Source: a bacterium (GTDB taxonomy: Bacteria; UBA8248; JACPRG01; G963555815). Taken from it: a stretch of 64,000 nt of DNA. Within the stretch, counting starts at the first letter, position 1. The number at the start of each line of letters is the position of its first letter. Shown one piece after another: positions 8,821 through 16,477 of this stretch. The notes under the pieces were generated by a model. It saw only the letters and a program-made list of their open reading frames with translations. It did no database searches and was not told the DNA's origin. The DNA lies in the NCBI GenBank assembly GCA_965218795.1, contig OZ244653.1, forward strand, positions 4,128,001 through 4,192,000, written 5' to 3'. The position numbers were made by a program, and so were the translations under genes.

Positions 8821-9804
8821 GTGTCTGATTTCAAACCGAAAGACTACATCTCACTGGAAGGCGCCATAGACATCCACATGCACCCGCACCCCTGTCTGTT
8901 CGATCGGATTACCGACGATCGAGGGGTCGCCGCGGCCGCCCGGAGTGAAAAGATGCGTGGGATTGTCATCAAGTGCCACCACGAGAACACCGTCTCCCGC
9001 GCTATCAAAGCGGCGGATGCCGTGCCCGGGATTGAGGTCTACGGCGGGATTGTTCTCAACTATTACGTCGGCGGTCTGAATGCCGCCGCGGTGGAAGCCG
9101 CCTGCAAACTGGGCGGGAAGATTGTATGGATGCCGACGATTGACGCAGAAAACCACGCTGTTGCCCACGGCTCTCGGGGACAATACGACGTGCAAAAAGG
9201 GGGGTTGACCGGCAAGAAGGGCTCGGGAGGCAAGGCGCCCGCCCGGCGGGGGGGCAAGCCGTCGCGGAGGGAGGTCGTCTCGACCGGGCAAGGCGCCGTG
9301 TCGGGCGGGTATGGAGGCATCTCCCCCGTCGATGAACGTGGAAAGCTGAAACCGGAGGCATTGGACGTTCTGTCCGTGGCGGCGCAATACGACGTTGCGC
9401 TGGCCTCCTGTCATCTGAGCCCCAATGAGATCCGCGTCCTGTTCAAGGGGGCCGGGGAGATGGGCGTCAAGAAGATGCTCTTCACTCACCCGTTTTTCAA
9501 GGTTCCGGGAGCGGACGTGGCATTCACCAAGGAGATGGTCAAGCTGGGCGCCATCGCAGAATGGGGATACTGTACGGTCTCTCCGATGTGGGGGTACGCT
9601 TCCATCGACCGGATGCTGGCGGCGATTCAGGAAGTGGGTCCTCAGAACAGCATCCTCATGAGCGATCTGGGCCAGCGGCACAACCCTCTCCCCAACGAGG
9701 GGTTGCGCGTGTTTTGCCAGTGCTTGTACGAGAAGGGCATGCCCGAAAAGGACATCCGGACGATGATCGTCACCAATCCGGAGAAGATCCTCGGGCTGAA
9801 TTGA
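8821..9804 (+). CDS. Metal-dependent amidohydrolase-fold protein (DUF6282-like), paralog 1
   Basis: IDIHMHPHP, IVIKCHH, GGIVLN, WMPT, SDLGQ; start set at GTG 8821 after GAGGAG. Confidence 0.78.
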   Translation: MSDFKPKDYISLEGAIDIHMHPHPCLFDRITDDRGVAAAARSEKMRGIVIKCHHENTVSRAIKAADAVPGIEVYGGIVLNYYVGGLNAAAVEAACKLGGKIVWMPTIDAENHAVAHGSRGQYDVQKGGLTGKKGSGGKAPARRGGKPSRREVVSTGQGAVSGGYGGISPVDERGKLKPEALDVLSVAAQYDVALASCHLSPNEIRVLFKGAGEMGVKKMLFTHPFFKVPGADVAFTKEMVKLGAIAEWGYCTVSPMWGYASIDRMLAAIQEVGPQNSILMSDLGQRHNPLPNEGLRVFCQCLYEKGMPEKDIRTMIVTNPEKILGLN

Positions 9805-10137
9805 CCCGAGCGTCCGGGTCCTGATTCAGGGGTGCCGGACGGAAGGAGCGGAGTCGCCGGGCCTTCCGGACGCTGAACGTCCCCTGTGGAGCAGCGGGCG
9901 GATTTTCGACCACAAAGCGATGGACGCATCGATCAGCAGGTAGGGTCTTCCGGAACCGTCTAACGGGTCGGGTCGGCGGTGTAGTGGCCAAGAGCCTTTT
10001 TCTCGGGGAATTCAGTCCTTCCGCACCGGAGCTCATCGATCCCCGTAAGCGAGCCGCTCGGGCGGATAGGGTATCGGCTCGTCTGAATTCCGGAATACCG
10101 CCGGCCCATCAGTCTCGTAGAATTCTTTATCTTCGCG

Positions 10138-10887
10138 TTACATTGAAAAGAGACGTCCGCACTCTACGGGCGACGTTTCAACGCCACAGAGTCTCAGGGC
10201 TTTCCACATCAGTGAGGTGTTGGTGCTGATGACGGGCTTGTCCAGCTCGGATTCGGCGGTTGGGATGACCTCGATCGATCGGATATCCGTCGCCAGGAGG
10301 AGAACGGCTTCCGCTTCCGGATGATCGGCTTCCCGGATCAGCGCATCCACACGCGACGGCGGCGTTTTTCCCACATGGGCCGGGTCCGGAATGGGCAGGT
10401 TTGAATCAGAGACGCACGGGAATCCGTACCTTTCGAAAAACGGGCCGGCCCGATCGTGAAGCGTTTTCGGGTAGGGCGTCGCGATCGCGATTCGCTTTGC
10501 CTTCAATTCCCTGAGGGCGTCCAGCATCGCCAGGGCTCCGGTGGTGGCCGGGAGGCCGCTGGTCTTCTGGATTCGGGCGACCCGTTGTTCCCCCCATCCC
10601 TCATCCATGACCAGGGCGATCCCCATATCGCAAAAGGCCAGGGTCTGGACGCCGGCGGTCATCAGCTCCCGCATCGCCCGATCGGATTCTTCCTCCATCC
10701 GGCGGAAGGTCTCGTCGGTCACTTGGCCTTCCACCGGCAGCCGGGTCGCGTAGAAAGCTACGCCTTCTGGCGCCAGGGCCTGAAATTCCGGCTCGATCAC
10801 GTTGTTGTTGGCCGGAACGATCAGGCCAATCTTCGCGCGGTGGCCGTATTCGCGTTCGTCCCGGTTCTGTCGATTCAGTTCCGGCAT
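10138..10887 (-). CDS. Maleate isomerase/arylmalonate decarboxylase (Asp/Glu racemase superfamily) protein
   Basis: KIGLIVPANNNVIEPEF, IAIATPY, LDKPVISTN...W; only the N-terminal catalytic Cys is present. Confidence 0.82.
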   Translation of the reverse strand: MPELNRQNRDEREYGHRAKIGLIVPANNNVIEPEFQALAPEGVAFYATRLPVEGQVTDETFRRMEEESDRAMRELMTAGVQTLAFCDMGIALVMDEGWGEQRVARIQKTSGLPATTGALAMLDALRELKAKRIAIATPYPKTLHDRAGPFFERYGFPCVSDSNLPIPDPAHVGKTPPSRVDALIREADHPEAEAVLLLATDIRSIEVIPTAESELDKPVISTNTSLMWKALRLCGVETSPVECGRLFSM

Positions 10888-10894
10888 GGCGCCC

Positions 10895-12271
10895 TCATGG
10901 GGTCGGGCGGGATGTCCGGCCCTCAACCTGGCAATGACTCAGCGGATGGATAAACCGGCCTGCGGGCAGGCCCCGGATGAGGCCGTTGACCGCAATGCTC
11001 CTTCCCCCAAGGAGCGTGCGCACCGGCCAGCCTTTGAGGGGGAGGCGGTCGTAAGGCGTGACCTCCGATTTGGAATAAACGGGCCGTTCTCCCGGCGTCC
11101 GTTCCAGATTCGGATCCACGATGACCAAATCCGCGTCCGCACCGACCTCGATCGTGCCTTTCTGTGGAAATCCGAAGCGCCGTGCGGGGGCCGAGCAGAG
11201 CAGCTCGACGGCCCGGGTCAGCTCGATGTGTCCGCGATAGGCTGCGTTGAGCACCAGCGGCAGCGAAGTGCGAAGTCCCGGCAGGCCGCCTGGGGCGTCA
11301 AAGATGTTCTCACGGCCGGCTTCCTTCTCTTCGGGTGCGTGGGGGGCGTGATCGGTTCCGATCCAGTCCACGGTGCCATCCCGGACGGCCGCCCACAGTG
11401 CCGCCACGTCGTCTCGTTCCCTCAAAGGCGGATACACTGCGGCGAATGGCCCTTGACGGGCCAGATCGGCCTTGGTCAAAAAAAGGTGTTGCGGATTGAC
11501 TTCCACACCGATGTCCATCCCGGATGCCTTGGCGTCCCGCAGGAAGCCGATTCCCTCCTTCGTGCTGACCTGGCGGAAGACCACCGGAGCCGCCACCTCC
11601 TCGGCCGTGAGCAGCATCTTTTGGATCGCCGAAGCTTCGGTGATATTGGGACGGGCGTCCGCCTGGGCTTCGGGATCCGTCCGTTCGCCGACCGATTCGC
11701 GAAACTGCGCCGCCAGGGCTCCGTCGACCGCATAAACGGCCGCCGGGACGCCGGCTTCCCTGGCTGCCCGCAGGGCTTCGCGAATATCCGCCTCATGGCT
11801 GAAAACCGCAGGTCCGTCGGCCATCAGGATCTCGACGCACGCAACGCCCGCCTTCGCCATCTCGCCGATTCTTTCCGCTTCACCGGGCACGCAGAGTCCC
11901 GATATGCCGAAATCGACGTGAACCCGTCCTTCCGCCGCCACGCGCATGGCATCCAGGGATTGCACATCGGTGACGGGCGGATCCGTATTGGGCTGCGCGA
12001 TGATCGTTGTCACGCCCCCTACGGCCCCTTCGGCGGTGCCCGACAGTAAGTCTTCCTTATGTGTGAATCCCGGGTCGCGGAGGTGGACGTGGACGTCGAC
12101 GAGTCCCGGAAGGACGATCAAACCTTCGGCCTCGATACACTCATGGCCGCTCAGGCTTCCGGGTTCGTCGAGGGCCGCGATGCGTTCTTCACTGATGCCG
12201 ATGTCCAGTCTTGTCGGCCCTTCGGTCGTGACGACCAGGCCGCCGGAGATCAGGGTGCCATGAAGGGTCAC
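10895..12271 (-). CDS. Dihydroorotase/allantoinase-family cyclic amidohydrolase (atypical metal ligands)
   Basis: PGLVDVHVHLRDPG, GGVTT, QPNT, PPLR, GTDHAPH, KGTIEVGADADLV. Confidence 0.85.
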   Translation of the reverse strand: MTLHGTLISGGLVVTTEGPTRLDIGISEERIAALDEPGSLSGHECIEAEGLIVLPGLVDVHVHLRDPGFTHKEDLLSGTAEGAVGGVTTIIAQPNTDPPVTDVQSLDAMRVAAEGRVHVDFGISGLCVPGEAERIGEMAKAGVACVEILMADGPAVFSHEADIREALRAAREAGVPAAVYAVDGALAAQFRESVGERTDPEAQADARPNITEASAIQKMLLTAEEVAAPVVFRQVSTKEGIGFLRDAKASGMDIGVEVNPQHLFLTKADLARQGPFAAVYPPLRERDDVAALWAAVRDGTVDWIGTDHAPHAPEEKEAGRENIFDAPGGLPGLRTSLPLVLNAAYRGHIELTRAVELLCSAPARRFGFPQKGTIEVGADADLVIVDPNLERTPGERPVYSKSEVTPYDRLPLKGWPVRTLLGGRSIAVNGLIRGLPAGRFIHPLSHCQVEGRTSRPTP

Positions 12272-12370
12272 GGTTGAGGCCGGTCTTTGATGGGAGTCTG
12301 ATTCAGACCGGACGCCAACTCAAAAAAGGAGGCGCTTCGGGGCCGAAGGGTCCATAGACGTCGGCCGAAT

Positions 12371-13012
12371 TCAGGATTCATAGACCGTGATTCCAAGCGG
12401 CGTCGGGTTGAAGGCGTTGCAGGGATTTCGTTCCTGGGGGCAGTTGGACATGCCCACCAAAAGGTCCATTTCCGCGCGAAGGTCGATGTGGTCTCCGGCC
12501 TTGCTGACCGGTTCGCGGATCTCAAAGGCGCCTTCGGCGTCGAACGCCACGTTCATGAAGATGTTCAGGCAGCAGGCTTCGTCGATGTCCCTTCGCCGGA
12601 TCCCGTAGGGCGCGAGCGACTGGGTCAGATTGTCGGCGCAGTTGGGGAGGTCATGGATTCCGTAGCGGAAGAAGTTGGCCTGCTCGGTACAGAACGCCCC
12701 CGCCGAGGAGTTCATCCGTACAGTGTCTTTCACGACGGAAAACATCGGCTGGCTTCGGCTCGTGTAGAGCGTGTGGCCTTCGGTCAGCATCCAGGTGCCG
12801 TTCAGGCAGTTGCTCCAGAACATGGAGAGTTTCTCGTCCCGGTCTGTATTGTTGAAAGCGACCAGGTCCATCACCTGCTGGCCTTCGATGTCCGTCACGC
12901 GGAGGACCTGTCCATTCTTCAATTCGATAGCACGGTATCCCCTCGCGGGAATCACTTCGTCCAACACGATAGAGCCTCGATCCGCTTCTGCCATGGGGCC
13001 GCCTCCTTTCAT
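12371..13012 (-). CDS. Urea carboxylase-associated family protein (DUF1989)
   Basis: GQVLRVTDIEGQQVMDL, CADNL, LNIFMNV, SKAGDHIDLRAEMDL, SNCPQ..NPCN. Confidence 0.85.
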   Translation of the reverse strand: MKGGGPMAEADRGSIVLDEVIPARGYRAIELKNGQVLRVTDIEGQQVMDLVAFNNTDRDEKLSMFWSNCLNGTWMLTEGHTLYTSRSQPMFSVVKDTVRMNSSAGAFCTEQANFFRYGIHDLPNCADNLTQSLAPYGIRRRDIDEACCLNIFMNVAFDAEGAFEIREPVSKAGDHIDLRAEMDLLVGMSNCPQERNPCNAFNPTPLGITVYES

Positions 13013-13063
13013 TCGCGCGGAGCTTTGACGCTGCCCCGCGATCAGTCATCGGGGTGGAAATCG

Positions 13064-14011
13064 TTATTCCGCAGAGGGCGGCCCGGCGCAGCGAAAGCCG
13101 ACGAGGATGTGCTTGAGCGCCGCCGGACGCCCATGCCTGGCCGCCGAGCGCGTAACTCCCGGGAAGTCGTCCCAGGACCCGCCCTTCACGACGTACTTCT
13201 TGTCGTCCCATTCGGCCACGGTCGAAGTCCACTCGAACACCATCCCGGCCATGTCGAGCCCGCCGTAAGGAGCGGCGCCGGAGGGGTACCTGCCCACGGG
13301 AACCGTATCGAAAGGACCGCCGTCGTAGCTGTTCAACCGATCCGGATCGAACTCGTTCCCCCAGGGGAAATACCTGCCGTTCTCCCCGCGGGCCGCCTTC
13401 TCCCATTCGGCTTCGGTCGGAAGCCTCGATGGTCGTCCTTCGCGGCGGCCCCGCCATTGGCAATAGGCCGAGGCGTCCGCATGAGAGACCAGCACGACGG
13501 GATGGGCGGACCGCCCGGGGGGAAACCGTCCTTCCCGCCACAGGAAACGCTTCGTGGCCGCGTATTTGTGAATCAGCCCATAGCCCGACCATACGCTGCT
13601 GGTGACAAAAGGTACGGGGCGTCCAGTGGCGTTCACGAACCCCTGGTAGTCCTCATTGCTGACCAGGTACTTGTCGATCCGGTAGGCCGGAAGCTCGACC
13701 TCCCGCCGTTGTTCGATCTCGAACCATTGGTTCTGGCGGGCGACCGGACTGTTGTGCAGGTGCTCGTCCAGCCTGTAGCCGTATTCCCGTTCTTCGGGGG
13801 TGCTGCCCATCATGAATTTCCCGGCCGGGATGAGAATCATCTCGGCCCGGCTGCCGCCTCCTGAAAAAACGGGAACCGGCTTCATCATCAGTGATACGAG
13901 TAGGGCCGCTGGGAGCGCTGCCCGCAAAATCCGTTTTCCTACATCGGACGGATGCATCGCACCCTTACTCCTCATTCGAACTCGGCCCATGCCCTGGCTC
14001 TCCGTCCTCAC
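13064..14011 (-). CDS. Exported FGE-sulfatase (SUMF1/EgtB-like) domain protein
   Basis: IPAGKFMMGS, HPVVLVSHADASAYC, RLPTEAEWEKAARG, DMAGMVFEW, KGGSW, GFRC; signal-like N-terminus; lacks the catalytic Cys pair of true FGE. Confidence 0.85.
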   Translation of the reverse strand: MRTESQGMGRVRMRSKGAMHPSDVGKRILRAALPAALLVSLMMKPVPVFSGGGSRAEMILIPAGKFMMGSTPEEREYGYRLDEHLHNSPVARQNQWFEIEQRREVELPAYRIDKYLVSNEDYQGFVNATGRPVPFVTSSVWSGYGLIHKYAATKRFLWREGRFPPGRSAHPVVLVSHADASAYCQWRGRREGRPSRLPTEAEWEKAARGENGRYFPWGNEFDPDRLNSYDGGPFDTVPVGRYPSGAAPYGGLDMAGMVFEWTSTVAEWDDKKYVVKGGSWDDFPGVTRSAARHGRPAALKHILVGFRCAGPPSAE

Positions 14012-14682
14012 TTCAGGCGCCAGAGCGGGAGATCGATCGCCAGGTGGTCACCCGGTCCTAGACGGACTTCCAAGGATACAGACTTTCGAGGGTTGATGCC
14101 TTCCAACGAAAACGCCCCTTCCATCTCGGCCTCGTAAGCCACGATACGGTCCTCCTGTTTCACCGGACTGGGTTCGCCCCGCCGAAGAGAGGGGGCGTAG
14201 GTCTTCTGCCCCCCTTGGGCCAGAGACATATCCGAGCGGCGGACCAGCATCTTTGTGAAAGCCGCGCTTGATCATCGTGATCACCAAGGGGGGCCCTTGA
14301 GGATGCCCTCCACTACTTCCGGATCCGGCGCCAGGGAAGCGCGCTTTCGCTCGGCTGCGTGACGCGCCAACCGGGTCCACCGCGTGCGCACCCGCGCCCG
14401 ATGGAAGAACTGCTCGTGCTGTAACCCGAACGTGTAATAGGCGTCCAGGGCCTTTTCGGCGGCTTGCGCGTTGACCCGGCCCCATTCCAAGGCGCCTCGA
14501 AGCGCGTCGGGGTCAAGAATGGGGCCTGTCTCATGCCGGCTTTCTCCCCACGGGGCGGGGATTTCGGTCTTGGCGGAGCAAGCCCACAGGATCAGCGCCG
14601 CCAGATAAAGTATCGCGGGCGCTTGAATCCCTATCGGTTGAAGTTCCTCAGGGGTTCTGTCTCGGCTCACCATTCTCATCAC
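14008..14682 (-). pseudogene. Putative lipoprotein interrupted by two compensating indels (or sequencing errors)
   Basis: ORFs 14281..14682 and 14008..14250 share a frame; +1 C in the C6 run (~14290) and -1 A (~14253) restore a continuous reading; lipobox-like LWAC. Confidence 0.5.
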
Positions 14683-14749
14683 AGCCTTCCCTCCGTCTCT
14701 CTAATCCTTTGCCCGGGAATTTACCAGCGTCGAAACTTCCGGTCAAAGT

Positions 14750-15010
14750 GGGAGTTCCCTGCGATGCGGTCCCTCCGGACCCTCAGCAGGTTTCATCCCA
14801 AGGTTTCGGATGCTCCGTGATTCCCCGTTTTGGAGTAAACGCTCTGGGAGATATGTGGGGCACTGACGTGACGATCTGGAAGCGGTTGGAGTGAATCCTT
14901 CAGTTCAGAACGTCATGGGCACCCGCCTTCCGAGAGTCGGATGAACAAGCGCGTCAGTGCGGAAACCTGATGCTGTGCGCCCTGCCCCCAGACCCGTTGG
15001 GGCAGGGCGC
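14750..15010 (+). ncRNA. Candidate structured non-coding RNA (some 6S-like motifs)
   Basis: Nested long-range stems 14784-14794/14962-14975 and 14860-14870/14950-14960, internal hairpins, GGGCACCCGCC motif, perfect 12-bp terminal hairpin 14977-15010; strand not established. Confidence 0.4.
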
Positions 15011-15096
15011 GTTGTCCCTCCGAAAGCCCCCCTGGAGGGGATCTCCATCATCTCTGATATCCCCTCGAACCGGGGATCACTGAGCCTCGAATGTCC

Positions 15097-15125
15097 TTGA
15101 CATTGCAAACCTTAGACCATAAAAA
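15097..15125 (+). promoter_or_regulatory. Putative sigma70 promoter for the aroF leader
   Basis: TTGACA-N17-TAAAAA. Confidence 0.5.
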
Positions 15126-15161
15126 CATCATAATTCAGAACAAAGACCGAGGAGGTAACCG

Positions 15162-15215
15162 GTGGTGGACGCACTTTTTTTTCTGTTGCGATTTTATTTC
15201 GGAGGGTTCCGGTAG
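15162..15215 (+). CDS. Phe/Tyr-rich attenuator leader peptide MVDALFFLLRFYFGGFR
   Basis: GGAGG RBS at 15151-15155, GTG start, 5 Phe + 1 Tyr in 17 codons, TAG stop; upstream of DAHP synthase; too short for the ORF track. Confidence 0.8.
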   Translation: MVDALFFLLRFYFGGFR

Positions 15216-15289
15216 TCCGCCCGCCGCCCGACGAAAAATTCCGGCCGCGGACGGAGGGATGGCCCCGCGGCATTTTGCAAGCGCAAATC

Positions 15290-15321
15290 AAGAAGCCGCG
15301 GGACAGATTCCGCGGCTTCTT
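15290..15321 (+). terminator. Attenuator hairpin upstream of aroF
   Basis: AAGAAGCCGCGG-loop-CCGCGGCTTCTT 12-bp stem; competing CCGCGGC at 15265-15271; U-tract is short. Confidence 0.65.
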
Positions 15322-15342
15322 ACGTATTGAGGAGGCGTCTGA

Positions 15343-16359
15343 ATGATCGTTGTCATGAAAGCGGGTGCCACCCGCGAAAAGATCGACGCAGTGGTGAAGC
15401 GTATCGAAGAAATGAGTTACCGGTCACACATCATTGAGGGCGTGGAGCGCACGGTCATCGGTGCGGTCGGCGACGAGCGCGGAAAGAGCCGGCTTCAGGT
15501 GCTGGATGCGATGGAAGGGGTCGAAAACGTCGTCCCGATCCTCAAGCCCTACAAGCTGGCCTCGACTCAGGTCCATCCGGATCGGTCCGTCATCAGCGTC
15601 GACGGGGCGTCCGTGGGCGGAGAACAGATCGGGGTCATAGCCGGTCCGTGTTCGGTTGAGAACCGGGGTCAGATCCTGCAGATCGCCCGCGAGATCAAGA
15701 GTGGGGGTGCCACCATGCTGCGCGGGGGCGCATTCAAACCGCGTACTTCACCCTACAGTTTCCAGGGACTGGGGGAGGAGGGTCTGCAGTACCTCGCCGA
15801 GGCCCGCGAAGAGACCGGCCTCCCCATTGTGACCGAGGTGATGAACCCGGAGGACGTGGACCTTGTTGAGCGTTACGCCGACGTCTGTCAAATCGGGGCG
15901 CGAAATGTTCAGAACTTCTCGCTGCTGAAGCGCGTTGGCCAGGCTTCAAAGCCCGTGTTTCTGAAGCGGGGGATGATGACCACGCTGGAAGAGTTCCTGA
16001 TGTCGGCCGAGTACGTCCTCTCCGAGGGCAATCCCCGGGTCATCCTGTGCGAACGGGGCATCCGGACGTTTGAGACCGCCACGAGAAATACCCTGGACAT
16101 CTCGGCGGTTCCGGTCCTTCAGGCGGAGACCCACCTCCCCGTTTTCGTGGACCCGAGCCACGCCTGCGGCAATTGGCGTCTGGTGAATACGCTGGCGCGC
16201 GCGGCCGTCGCCGTGGGGGCGGACGGTTTGATGATTGAGGTGCACGCCAATCCGGCCGAAGCCATGTCCGACGGCGGGCAGTCGCTCAAGCCCAAAAAGT
16301 TCGCCCAGCTCATGAAGGACCTGGTGCCGTTCGTCGCGGCCGCGGGCCGTTCGTTGTAG
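15343..16359 (+). CDS. aroF: 3-deoxy-7-phosphoheptulonate (DAHP) synthase type I-beta with N-terminal regulatory domain
   Basis: IAGPCSVE, RGGAFKPRTSPYSFQGLG, QIGARN, LKRG, CERGIRTFE, DPSH. Confidence 0.95.
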   Translation: MIVVMKAGATREKIDAVVKRIEEMSYRSHIIEGVERTVIGAVGDERGKSRLQVLDAMEGVENVVPILKPYKLASTQVHPDRSVISVDGASVGGEQIGVIAGPCSVENRGQILQIAREIKSGGATMLRGGAFKPRTSPYSFQGLGEEGLQYLAEAREETGLPIVTEVMNPEDVDLVERYADVCQIGARNVQNFSLLKRVGQASKPVFLKRGMMTTLEEFLMSAEYVLSEGNPRVILCERGIRTFETATRNTLDISAVPVLQAETHLPVFVDPSHACGNWRLVNTLARAAVAVGADGLMIEVHANPAEAMSDGGQSLKPKKFAQLMKDLVPFVAAAGRSL

Positions 16360-16477
16360 CCCGCTCCCTCCAGGTCGCGTCATGCGGAGGGCCGCCGGAC
16401 CGGTCGGAGGAGGATCGAGCCGAGGCTTGGCCGTCAACGCACCTTGAGCCGTTCCGCAAATCAGTGGTGTCCTTGCG

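Noticed and set aside
13013-13063. Guanidine riboswitch expected before the DUF1989 gene
   Set aside because: No ykkC or mini-ykkC motif is visible in the short intergenic gap
14885-14900. TTGGAGTGAATCC resembling the c-di-AMP (ydaO) riboswitch
   Set aside because: The other conserved ydaO elements are absent
15091-15330. 79-aa ORF containing WW and FFF as the attenuator peptide
   Set aside because: It starts upstream of the predicted promoter, lacks an RBS and runs through the terminator; the 15162..15215 frame has the RBS and correct geometry
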